In this document: piece after piece, positions 30,903 to 39,347 of the stretch
How the letters are laid out: every line of letters begins with the position of its first letter
How positions within the stretch are numbered: the first letter of the stretch is position 1
Assembly (NCBI GenBank): GCA_965212025.1
Contig: OZ243039.1
Span: 1,018,983 to 1,082,982 of the forward strand
DNA length: 64,000 bases
Direction of reading: 5' to 3'
DNA from: Candidatus Oxydemutatoraceae bacterium
GTDB taxonomy: Bacteria; Pseudomonadota; Gammaproteobacteria; Poriferisulfidales; Oxydemutatoraceae
Notes under the pieces: generated by a model
The model's database searches: none
Told to the model about the DNA's origin: nothing
Seen by the model: the letters and a program-made list of their open reading frames with translations, nothing else
Program-made: the position numbers and the translations under genes

Positions 30903-31452
30903 GCTCCTTTCCTGGTGGAATTGACATTAGGCATGGGGCTTAATGTCATCGTGCACACTGCTTTCACAGATACGCACTTGTCAGCAGCAGCAAGTACATT
31001 ATCTTTTGAACAGCAAATCAATAGTCCCTTTGTGGTATTCATGAGGTTCTCCAACGCGCTGCCTGCAACTTGTGCGCGCATCTAATCCAACAAGGACTTT
31101 TCTCCGGTATTTAAGCCACGTCGTAGTTGTATGGCTTCGTCAATTCAAGGTAGGTGCTATGTTCATTGGTGTCGTATGGTACGCCCGGCTGATCCTGCTC
31201 CGAATCTCGTGCTGCCATGTAGCCTGAACGGCGTTGGATACTGGTTGCTCCTTCGCGTTGCCTTCGCGCTCGCGTATAGCGATGGCGACTTGCTTTCCGT
31301 TGCCACTGTGGCTCGTGCGCAACTTTTTGGTCATCGGGTGGGCGCTGAACGGCTCAGGAAACTCGAACAAGTCGATTGTTTACTTCGTGGTGTATGCTAT
31401 GGCACCGAAGCTCAATAACAGCAAAGGACAAACGCAGTGCCTGTAATTTTTT

Positions 31453-33741
31453 GTGTATCCAGGTGTATACCAGGTCGAGGTTGGCTCGGGCTTTTTCCCC
31501 GGTTCGATGGTGCCCGGTCTCGGGAAGCAGCTTCGGCTGCGTTCCCTCTGCCACAGCGGTGCCCCCTTGCTTGATACGCTGAATGACCAGCAGAAAAAGG
31601 CGGTTACGGTTCCGTCTTCCCGGTCGGCTATGGTTTTTGCCGGTGCCGGCAGTGGCAAAACGCATGTGTTGGCGCATCGCATTGCCTGGTTGTGTGAAAG
31701 CGAAAAATTCTCGCCCAGAGATTTATTGGCGCTGACTTTTACGAACAAAGCTGCCCGTGAAATGCGTACCCGGGTTGAGCAAACTTTGGGACGTAGCGTT
31801 CAGGATCTCTGGATTGGAACTTTTCATGGGATTTGCCATCGCCTGCTCAAGCGGCATCGGGAAGACCTTGGTCTGGCGAGCCATTTTCTGATTCTGGACG
31901 CCTCGGATCAGAGACGGTTTTTGCGTCGGGTGATGGCGAACCTAGGCGTGGACACGCAGCAAGATTACGTTAAGGAAGTGCAGTATTTTATTAACGGTTG
32001 CAAAGAGCAGGGGTGGCGAGCGAAGTCAGTGCCGCAGGAACACCTGGCGCGCCGACGGGAACATTTACGCATATACGCAGCCTATGAAAATGGCTGTCGC
32101 CAGTCCAACCTTGTCGATTTTGCAGAACTACTCTTGCGCAGCTATGAAATGTTTTCGGATTGTGAAGGGATTTTGCGCAGTTACCGCTCGCGTTTTCGTT
32201 GTCTGTTGGTCGACGAATTTCAAGATACGAACCAGATGCAATACAAGTGGTTGCGCAGACTTGCCGGTGAAGAAGTGCCTTTATTTGTAGTGGGGGACGA
32301 CGATCAGTCGATCTACGGCTGGCGAGGAGCCGATGCCGAAAACTTCAACAAATTCCGACGCCACTTCAAGGATGTGTGCGTGCAAAAGTTGGAGCAGAAC
32401 TACCGCTCTACGAAAATGATTTTGGATGCGGCGAATCATTTGATTGAAAATAATCAGAATCGGAACGGGAAAAAGCTTTGGACTGACGGAGATAGGGGCG
32501 AGCCGGTGATGGTTTTTACTGCCCGTAACGAAGGAGAAGAAGCGGCTTTCGTGGCTTCGAAAGCCCAGGAGTGGGTTGATTCGGGTCGGAAGTACACCGA
32601 AGCTGCGGTGTTGTATCGCTCCAACGCGCAGTCTCGGGTGTTTGAATCGGAACTGCTCAAGCAAAATATTCCGTATCGCATCTATGGTGGCCTACGGTTT
32701 TTTGAGCGTTCTGTCATCAAGGATGCCCTTGCGTATCTGTGTTTGCTTTGTAACTTCGAAGGCGATCATTTTTTGGTCAGGATCATCAATACCCCGGCGC
32801 GTGGGATCGGGCTGCGCAAACTCAGTGATTTGCGTGCGGTCGCCGAAGAGCGCGCTTGCAGCTATTGGAAGGCGCTGGAAATTTTGGCCACGCAAAGCGG
32901 CGAGTCGAAATACAAAGTGCTTACAGGCTTCCGTCAACTGATGACGGGTTTGCGTGACGCTGTTCAAAACCAGCCGCTTGTTGAACAGGTCAAACTGGTG
33001 ATTGAGAAAAGCGGCTTGTTGGCGCATCACCGTGCTGATTTGTCCGAAACAGGAAGGTCGAACGTGGAGTATCTGCGGGAATTGGTCAATGCCGCACGGC
33101 AAGCGGCGTTCGATCATTCTGCCTCTGAGGACAACCTGTCTCCGCTGGAGAATTTCCTGGCACAGGCGACTTTGGAGTCCGGCGGTGCCCAGAATGAGGG
33201 GCATGAAGACTGCCTGAGTTTGATGACTTTGCATTCCGCCAAAGGTCTGGAATTTCCTTTGGTGTTTCTGGTTGGGATGGAAGAAGAGCTGTTTCCGCAC
33301 AGGCGCGCGCTCAATGAGCACGGTGGTCTGGAAGAAGAGCGTCGTCTTTGTTACGTGGGAATGACACGGGCAAAGGAAAGTCTGTTTATGAGCTATTGTG
33401 AAGAGCGTTATGTTTTTGGATCCAGATCCAAAAACCATCGCTCACGCTTCATTGCGGAAGTCCCTGAGGAATGCATACGCGATCTTTGCCCTGAACGCCG
33501 GTATGCTCGGGGTTCGGTTGTGGGTAGCGGTAAATTTGAAGCAGGTGAAACTTTTCGCGTTGAGTTGCCATTGCAGCGTGGCATGATGGTTCGTCATGCC
33601 AGCCTGGGAGACGGCTGGGTCACCGATTTTTCAGGCCATGGCGAGACTTTGCGTGCTCTGGTGCGTTTTCGGAACGGTCCCAGCAAATGGGTGTTGTGGA
33701 GCTATGGCGGCCTGGAAATCTTGGAACATGGACTCGACTGA
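31453..33741 (+). CDS. UvrD/Rep-family ATP-dependent DNA helicase
   Basis: Motifs AGAGSGKT, DEFQDTN, QNYRS and VGMTRAKESL are present. The true start is probably internal (ATG 31507 or TTG 31567, the latter giving MLDTLNDQQKKAV). Confidence 0.9.
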   Translation: MYPGVYQVEVGSGFFPGSMVPGLGKQLRLRSLCHSGAPLLDTLNDQQKKAVTVPSSRSAMVFAGAGSGKTHVLAHRIAWLCESEKFSPRDLLALTFTNKAAREMRTRVEQTLGRSVQDLWIGTFHGICHRLLKRHREDLGLASHFLILDASDQRRFLRRVMANLGVDTQQDYVKEVQYFINGCKEQGWRAKSVPQEHLARRREHLRIYAAYENGCRQSNLVDFAELLLRSYEMFSDCEGILRSYRSRFRCLLVDEFQDTNQMQYKWLRRLAGEEVPLFVVGDDDQSIYGWRGADAENFNKFRRHFKDVCVQKLEQNYRSTKMILDAANHLIENNQNRNGKKLWTDGDRGEPVMVFTARNEGEEAAFVASKAQEWVDSGRKYTEAAVLYRSNAQSRVFESELLKQNIPYRIYGGLRFFERSVIKDALAYLCLLCNFEGDHFLVRIINTPARGIGLRKLSDLRAVAEERACSYWKALEILATQSGESKYKVLTGFRQLMTGLRDAVQNQPLVEQVKLVIEKSGLLAHHRADLSETGRSNVEYLRELVNAARQAAFDHSASEDNLSPLENFLAQATLESGGAQNEGHEDCLSLMTLHSAKGLEFPLVFLVGMEEELFPHRRALNEHGGLEEERRLCYVGMTRAKESLFMSYCEERYVFGSRSKNHRSRFIAEVPEECIRDLCPERRYARGSVVGSGKFEAGETFRVELPLQRGMMVRHASLGDGWVTDFSGHGETLRALVRFRNGPSKWVLWSYGGLEILEHGLD

Positions 33742-33753
33742 GGCGGGAGAAAA

Positions 33754-34863
33754 GTGAAAAGAAGAAAATTTTTAGCGACGCTGGGCAGTGGAACCTTGTT
33801 AGGAGCTACGGTTGCCCAACCACTGCACGCGGCATCAGAGGATCTGCGACCCCGGTCATGGGACTGGCGCATGGTGACGACCTGGCCCAAAAATTTCCCC
33901 CTGCTGGGAACCGGGGCAGAGGAACTGGCGAGACAGATTACGGGCATGTCAGGCGGGCGTTTGCGGGTCAAAGTCTACGCAGCTGGCGAACTGGTGCCTG
34001 CTTTTGGTGTTTTTGATGCAGTCTCTGACGGAGCCGCACAAATGGGTCACGGTGCTGCTTATTACTGGAAGGGAAAAAATCCTGCTTTCCAGTTTTTCTC
34101 GACCGTTCCTTTCGGCATGAATGCCTTGGAATCCAGCTCTTGGTTACTGGAAGGGGGCGGTCTCGATTTGTGGCGGGAAGCCTACCGGCCGTATGGCTTA
34201 ATCCCGATGATAGCGGGCAATACCTCCATGCAAATGGCGGGCTGGTTTAATCGCAAAATTGAGTCTCTTGGGGATTTCAAAGGTCTCAAGATGCGCATAC
34301 CGGGTCTGGGAGGAGAAGTATTGAGACGCTTGGGCGGCACACCGGTGAATTTGCCAGGTGGCGAATTGCTGACAGCGATGCAAACCGGCGTCATAGACGC
34401 CACAGAGTGGATCAATCCCTACAGCGACCTGGCTTTTGGTTTACATAAAGTCGCCAAGTATTACTACTACCCGGGCTGGCATGAGCCAGGAACCGTTCTG
34501 GAGTGCATGGTGAACGCCGAGGCGTTTGCAAAGCTTCCGGAAGACCTTCAGGCGATCGTGAAAAACGCGGCTACGGCTGCGTGCCTGAGGATGCTCGCCG
34601 AAAATGCCGCGCGTAACCGCGGTGCCTTACAGTCTTTGGTGCAAAAGCATAAAGTGCATTTGCTGCGTTTGCCAGACTCGGTGTTGATGCAACTCGGAAA
34701 AGTTTCTCTTGAAGTGGTTGACGCACTTGCCAAGGAGAGCGATTTTGCCAAGCGCGTTCATGACTCCTACCAGAAATTTCATCAGAGCGTACTGGCATGG
34801 CATGAAATTTCGGAGCGTGTCTATTACGAAATGGAGGCATTTCAGGCAGAGAAGCTTCCCTGA
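33754..34863 (+). CDS. TRAP transporter substrate-binding protein (COG4663-type) with a Tat-like signal
   Basis: MKRRKFLATLG...HA signal. The motifs WPKNFP, YYWKGK, GNTSMQMAGWF, DATEWINPYSD and YYYYPGWHEPG are typical of this TRAP SBP family. Confidence 0.85.
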   Translation: MKRRKFLATLGSGTLLGATVAQPLHAASEDLRPRSWDWRMVTTWPKNFPLLGTGAEELARQITGMSGGRLRVKVYAAGELVPAFGVFDAVSDGAAQMGHGAAYYWKGKNPAFQFFSTVPFGMNALESSSWLLEGGGLDLWREAYRPYGLIPMIAGNTSMQMAGWFNRKIESLGDFKGLKMRIPGLGGEVLRRLGGTPVNLPGGELLTAMQTGVIDATEWINPYSDLAFGLHKVAKYYYYPGWHEPGTVLECMVNAEAFAKLPEDLQAIVKNAATAACLRMLAENAARNRGALQSLVQKHKVHLLRLPDSVLMQLGKVSLEVVDALAKESDFAKRVHDSYQKFHQSVLAWHEISERVYYEMEAFQAEKLP

Positions 34864-34882
34864 GGGGGGTCGCGAAATGTTT

Positions 34883-36253
34883 CTAAAAAAGGACTCCAGG
34901 CAGCCATGTCGCCAGCCCGGGCCAGACGACGAGTATGCCGATCATCAGCAGTTGCAGCGCCACGAATGGCACGCTTCCCCGGTATAAATCCTGAGTTCTG
35001 ATGCTTGGCGGCGCGACACCTCGTAAATAAAACAAGGCAAACCCGAAAGGTGGTGTTAAAAAAGAAGTTTGCAGGTTTATTGCCATGAGGACGCCAAGCC
35101 AAATTGGGTCAGCACCCATCACCAGCAGTGCGGGAGCCACGATGGGAACCACGACCAACGTGATTTCAATGAAGTCCAGAACAAAGCCCAAGACAAACAT
35201 GAGCAGCATGACGAAAGCCAGTGCTGCGAAGTAGCCTCCCGGGAGATCGGACAAAAAGCTGTTGATGACGGTGTCACCACCGTAGCCACGGAATACCAGA
35301 GAGAAAAAAGTGGCTCCTATCAGGATCATGAATACCATGCAGCTGATTCGCGTGGCTTCCCTGACAATCTCTTTTAGCAGCTTACCGGACAGTTGCCGTT
35401 GTAGCCACGCCAGCAGCAGAACGCTGGTGGCACCGATTGACGCCGCCTCGGTCGGAGTTGCGACACCGAAAAAAATTGATCCCAAGACCAGGAAAATCAG
35501 ACCCAAAGGTGCGAACAGGGTTTTGAAGGTTTCGCCGAAAGAGGGATGTTCCTGTTGGTCTGAATTTCTGGTTCCGCTCGCGGGGAAGGCATCCGGGTTC
35601 AGGTACGTGTAAATAAACAGGTAGACCAGATACAAAGCCACCAAGCCCAGTCCAGGGATCAGGGCGCCGGCAAACAGGTCTGTTATGGAAACGGATTCGG
35701 GAGAAAAAATTCCCTGTTCTATTTGGGATTTCTGGTAGGCGGAAGAAATCGCGTCTCCGAGCAAAATCAAAGCGATCGAGGGAGGGATGATCTGACCTAG
35801 TGTCCCGGACGCGCAAACGATTCCCGCAGCCAGACTCGGCTTGTATCCCTGCTTCAGCATGATTGGCAGGGAGAGCAATCCCATGGTGACGACCGTGGCA
35901 CCGACGATACCGCTGCTGGCAGCAAGCAGTGCTCCGATCACCACCACCGCAAAGCCCAGGCTCCCTTTGTGGCCTGCCATCAGCATGCTGGTTTTGCTTA
36001 GCAGATTCTCTGCGATACGGCTTTTTTGTAGCGTGACTCCCATGAAGATAAACAAAGGGATCGCCAGCAAAGTCGTGTTGGTGATGATGCCGTAAACCCG
36101 ACCATTGACTGCCGACATGATGGCGGCGTCAAAGTCTCCGCTGAGAATTCCGAAAAACGCGAAAAGCAGAGAAGCACCGGCCAAGGTAAACGCGACCGGA
36201 AAGCCCAGCAAAAGCAGCAGGATGACGCCCGCGAACAGGGCGAGGGCAATCAA
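34883..36253 (-). CDS. dctM: TRAP transporter large permease subunit
   Basis: 456-aa polytopic membrane protein of the DctM type. Its start overlaps the stop of the small subunit gene. Confidence 0.88.
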   Translation of the reverse strand: MIALALFAGVILLLLLGFPVAFTLAGASLLFAFFGILSGDFDAAIMSAVNGRVYGIITNTTLLAIPLFIFMGVTLQKSRIAENLLSKTSMLMAGHKGSLGFAVVVIGALLAASSGIVGATVVTMGLLSLPIMLKQGYKPSLAAGIVCASGTLGQIIPPSIALILLGDAISSAYQKSQIEQGIFSPESVSITDLFAGALIPGLGLVALYLVYLFIYTYLNPDAFPASGTRNSDQQEHPSFGETFKTLFAPLGLIFLVLGSIFFGVATPTEAASIGATSVLLLAWLQRQLSGKLLKEIVREATRISCMVFMILIGATFFSLVFRGYGGDTVINSFLSDLPGGYFAALAFVMLLMFVLGFVLDFIEITLVVVPIVAPALLVMGADPIWLGVLMAINLQTSFLTPPFGFALFYLRGVAPPSIRTQDLYRGSVPFVALQLLMIGILVVWPGLATWLPGVLF

Positions 36254-36765
36254 CGGTTTTTAAGCAGTACGCCGGTGTTGCCGATGAATGAGGCGAGGCT
36301 TTGTAGCAGCAGCAGAGCAGCCATGAGCGGCAGCAAGGATTTTAATAAAAACACCAGAGGAAGACCGCCCGCTTCGGGAGAGCCTTCCAGGACACTCCAG
36401 GAGCGTGCTACATAGCTGAAACTCAGAACCAGCGTGGTGATGCAAAACGGTATCAGCAGAACCAGCAGGCCAAAGCAATTGACCCAGGCTTGGTGTCGTG
36501 GACTCATGTCCCGATAAAAGATGTCCACCCTGACATGGCGGTCTTCCTTCATCACGCCTGCCATGCACAAAGCCAATAGGGTGGCGTGCAGATACACGCT
36601 TATTTCTTGCAAGTCGATGCGGCCGTAATCAAATGCATAGCGCAGTACGGCTACTGCGAAAGTCAGGAGGGTCAGAGGCAGAATAAGCCAGACGGCAAAG
36701 CTTTCGGTGCGAGAGATGAAAGCTTCCAGACCTGCGCGGATCGCGTCCAGCTTCCGCATGCTCAC
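36250..36765 (-). CDS. dctQ: TRAP transporter small permease subunit
   Basis: 171 aa with four hydrophobic segments, located immediately upstream of dctM. Confidence 0.8.
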   Translation of the reverse strand: MSMRKLDAIRAGLEAFISRTESFAVWLILPLTLLTFAVAVLRYAFDYGRIDLQEISVYLHATLLALCMAGVMKEDRHVRVDIFYRDMSPRHQAWVNCFGLLVLLIPFCITTLVLSFSYVARSWSVLEGSPEAGGLPLVFLLKSLLPLMAALLLLQSLASFIGNTGVLLKNR

Positions 36766-36778
36766 CCCGCTTCCCGCC

Positions 36779-37738
36779 TCAGGATCGCATTTTTGCGGAT
36801 TCTGTTACGGCGGTGGCACAGTCCCTGTGAAAGCGCAAAACATTTTTGAAGTAATCGGGGTCTTTGATTTGTGTCAACTGTCCCGACTTGGGGAACAGTT
36901 TGCTCTTCAGGCGCGAGATCCAGAAGCGCAGTGCGGCGCGGCGCAGCGCGTCCCGCCAGACACGTTCTTCCCCGTCATCAAGCACCCGCCTGTTACAGTA
37001 GCTTTGCATCAGGGCATGGAGCCGCTGTTCATACAGCTCTCCGCGGTCATCGAAACACCAGGCATTGATGGTGACCGCAAGGTCATAAACCAGTGCGTCG
37101 TCGCCGGCATAATAAAAATCCAGTATGCCGGTCAGCGTGTGGCCGGAAAACAGCACATTGTCCGGAAACAGATCCGCGTGAATGGTTCCCTGTGGCAACA
37201 TGCCCAGAGACAGTTTTTGCTGATGGGCCAGTTCACTGTGTAACAGCGTGCTGTCTTCGGGTGCCAACAAAGGCAGAACCTGGTTTCCGCTTTTTATGCA
37301 CCAGGCGAGTCCGCGAACGTTCTCACAGCGATGCATAAAATTTTTCATTGCCAAGTGCATTGCTGCGAGCGCGTCACCCACCAGGCGGCAGTGCGAAACG
37401 GTCGGGGAGTTAACGGTATGGCCGGAGAGGTACGCCACCAAAACCGCAGGTTTTCCGTTTAATTCTTGCAGGTAGTGGCCGTCCACATCGGCAACCGGGT
37501 ACGGTGCCGGCAACCCCGCCCGCGCGACATGCGCCATGAGTGCCAGATAGTAGGGCAATTCATGGTGTTCCAACCACTCAAACAGGGTCAACACGTACCG
37601 ACCGTTGCTGGTTTCGACACTGTAATTGGTGTTTTCTACGCCTTCGCTGATGCCATGCAGGCTGACCAGCTTGCCGACGGCGTAACGGTCAAGATATTTC
37701 TCGACCTGGGTTTCAGTGAGGTGGGTATATACAGACAC
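36779..37738 (-). CDS. thrB: Homoserine kinase, ThrB type II (APH-fold, Pseudomonas type)
   Basis: 319 aa: MSVYTHLTETQVEKYL...ISEGVENTNY...IHADLFPDNVLF. It is divergent from polA, as in many gammaproteobacteria. Confidence 0.85.
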   Translation of the reverse strand: MSVYTHLTETQVEKYLDRYAVGKLVSLHGISEGVENTNYSVETSNGRYVLTLFEWLEHHELPYYLALMAHVARAGLPAPYPVADVDGHYLQELNGKPAVLVAYLSGHTVNSPTVSHCRLVGDALAAMHLAMKNFMHRCENVRGLAWCIKSGNQVLPLLAPEDSTLLHSELAHQQKLSLGMLPQGTIHADLFPDNVLFSGHTLTGILDFYYAGDDALVYDLAVTINAWCFDDRGELYEQRLHALMQSYCNRRVLDDGEERVWRDALRRAALRFWISRLKSKLFPKSGQLTQIKDPDYFKNVLRFHRDCATAVTESAKMRS

Positions 37739-38118
37739 AAATGACCTTACACGCGTAATATATCAAAGTAACGGTCGCTTCTGCACTCGGGAGACATAAG
37801 ACCAAGTGTTATGTGCTGTTTTGCGACTGTCCCTCACCGTCCGCGATACGGCGAGGTACGGTCTGAAGTGGTGGGGCAGGCGGCGGGACGGTTGCCAATG
37901 AGGGTGAGATTTGGGGAAGTTCGGGAAGTTTCGGGGCATTCGCTGTCCGGCCTGTTGGATCTGTCCGACAGGATTGGGGTGGTATTGGCAGGCGTGCGGC
38001 AGGCGTGCGGCAGTCGGAGAGCGGGGACAAAGGGCAGGAGCCATCGTTCCTTGTATTGTGAACCCTCAACTTTGGAAGTACGATTACTGGCACTTTACAG
38101 CAGTCAACCCCAAGCTGC

Positions 38119-38343
38119 ATGGGCGATAGAAAAATAGAAAATCAGAGCAGAGGAAGTGGTGCTCTTGTGCCCGCTTCATCTGCCTATTGGACTGAGAAGT
38201 TCAAAAGTGCTGGCTTTCTGGAATTAAATGATGTCGCGGCTCCATGCCAATCGGAGCAGTCCAGCGCGCAAAATTCGCTTGTAACCGAGGTGCCAGTCAC
38301 CTTTACCCAAGACGCCATGGACACGGTGAAGGTGGAAATCTGA
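38119..38343 (+). CDS. Candidate 74-aa ORF translationally coupled (TGATG) to the ATPase gene
   Basis: The stop TGA at 38341-38343 shares one nt with the ATG at 38343. The composition is more protein-like than the in-frame 5' extension of the ATPase ORF. There is no recognisable domain and no clear SD. Confidence 0.25.
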   Translation: MGDRKIENQSRGSGALVPASSAYWTEKFKSAGFLELNDVAAPCQSEQSSAQNSLVTEVPVTFTQDAMDTVKVEI

Positions 38344-39344
38344 TGGCACGAGCAGATTTGCTGGTGAAAATGTTCAAGAGCGTCAGCACAGACGACCAAT
38401 TGGCGTTTCGCAGGTTTGCCGAAGCCGTGATACAGGAAGAAAAAGCCAAAGGGCATCAGATTCTGGCGGAACGCCTGACCAAAGCGCTGAGGCCTAATTC
38501 GCGTCGAGCCGGGCGTGACCCTGGGCTCAGGGAAAGCAGAAGCAATGGGCAGTGTCAGGATTTGTTCCATGAAATCACACCCGAGCGTACGCTGGACAGC
38601 CTGGTTTTGTCGGACGCAACCCGCAGTCTGATCACCGGTGCAGTGGAAGAACAGCATCGCGCCGAGTTGTTGCACTCCCACAATCTTCGCGCCTGCAACC
38701 GGATTCTGCTCGCAGGGCCACCAGGCAATGGCAAGACGAGTCTGGCTGAAGCTTTAGCCTGTGAGTTGATGTACCCCATGGTGGTGATTCGCTACGAAAC
38801 CTTAGTGGGCAGTTATCTGGGCGAAACGTCGGGACGCTTGATGCGCGTTCTGGACTATGCGAAAACGCAGCGATGCGTACTGTTTTTCGATGAATTCGAG
38901 ACGCTTGGCAAGGAGCGTGGCGACACTAACGAAACGGGTGAAATAAAGCGTGTGGTGAGCTCGCTTCTTTTGCAAATTGATGCGCTGCCAGATTACGTTG
39001 TGATCGTTGCCGCCAGTAATCATCCGGAGTTGCTCGACAGAGCGGTATGGAGGCGTTTTCAGTTGCACATTGAATTGCCTGTTCCGAGTCGTCGGCAATT
39101 GACACAACACATTGAGGCTATCGGCAAACGCTGCCGGATTCACTTTGGTTATGCCTCGGAGACCTTGGCAAAACAGATGAAAGGCGTGAATTTTGCAGAG
39201 GTGGAGGAGTTTTGCCTAAGCATAGTGCGCCGAGCGGTTCTTGACAGAAACACAGACAACGCGAAATCCATAACCAAGCTGAAGCTGGAGCAATGGCAAG
39301 GTCGCTTAGGAGCTCTTTCAAGCAGGCAGAGTGAAGGCGAGTAG
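38343..39344 (+). CDS. AAA+ ATPase (classical AAA module), IetA-like
   Basis: The ATG at 38343 is preceded by AAGGTGGA. Walker A GPPGNGKT (38715-38738), Walker B VLFFDEFE, and SRH AASNHPELLDRAVWRRF are present. 333 aa. Confidence 0.8.
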   Translation: MARADLLVKMFKSVSTDDQLAFRRFAEAVIQEEKAKGHQILAERLTKALRPNSRRAGRDPGLRESRSNGQCQDLFHEITPERTLDSLVLSDATRSLITGAVEEQHRAELLHSHNLRACNRILLAGPPGNGKTSLAEALACELMYPMVVIRYETLVGSYLGETSGRLMRVLDYAKTQRCVLFFDEFETLGKERGDTNETGEIKRVVSSLLLQIDALPDYVVIVAASNHPELLDRAVWRRFQLHIELPVPSRRQLTQHIEAIGKRCRIHFGYASETLAKQMKGVNFAEVEEFCLSIVRRAVLDRNTDNAKSITKLKLEQWQGRLGALSSRQSEGE

Positions 39345-39347
39345 TTC

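Noticed and set aside
37990-38016. 11-nt tandem GCAGGCGTGCG x2 in the thrB-ATPase spacer
   Set aside because: There are only two copies and no flanking structure, so there is not enough to support a regulatory call.
38244-38342. 33-codon N-terminal extension of the ATPase ORF
   Set aside because: The extension (MPIGAVQRAKFACNRGASHLYPRRHGHGEGGNL) looks non-coding. The ATG at 38343 has a good SD (AAGGTGGA) and starts a plausible helical N-terminus.
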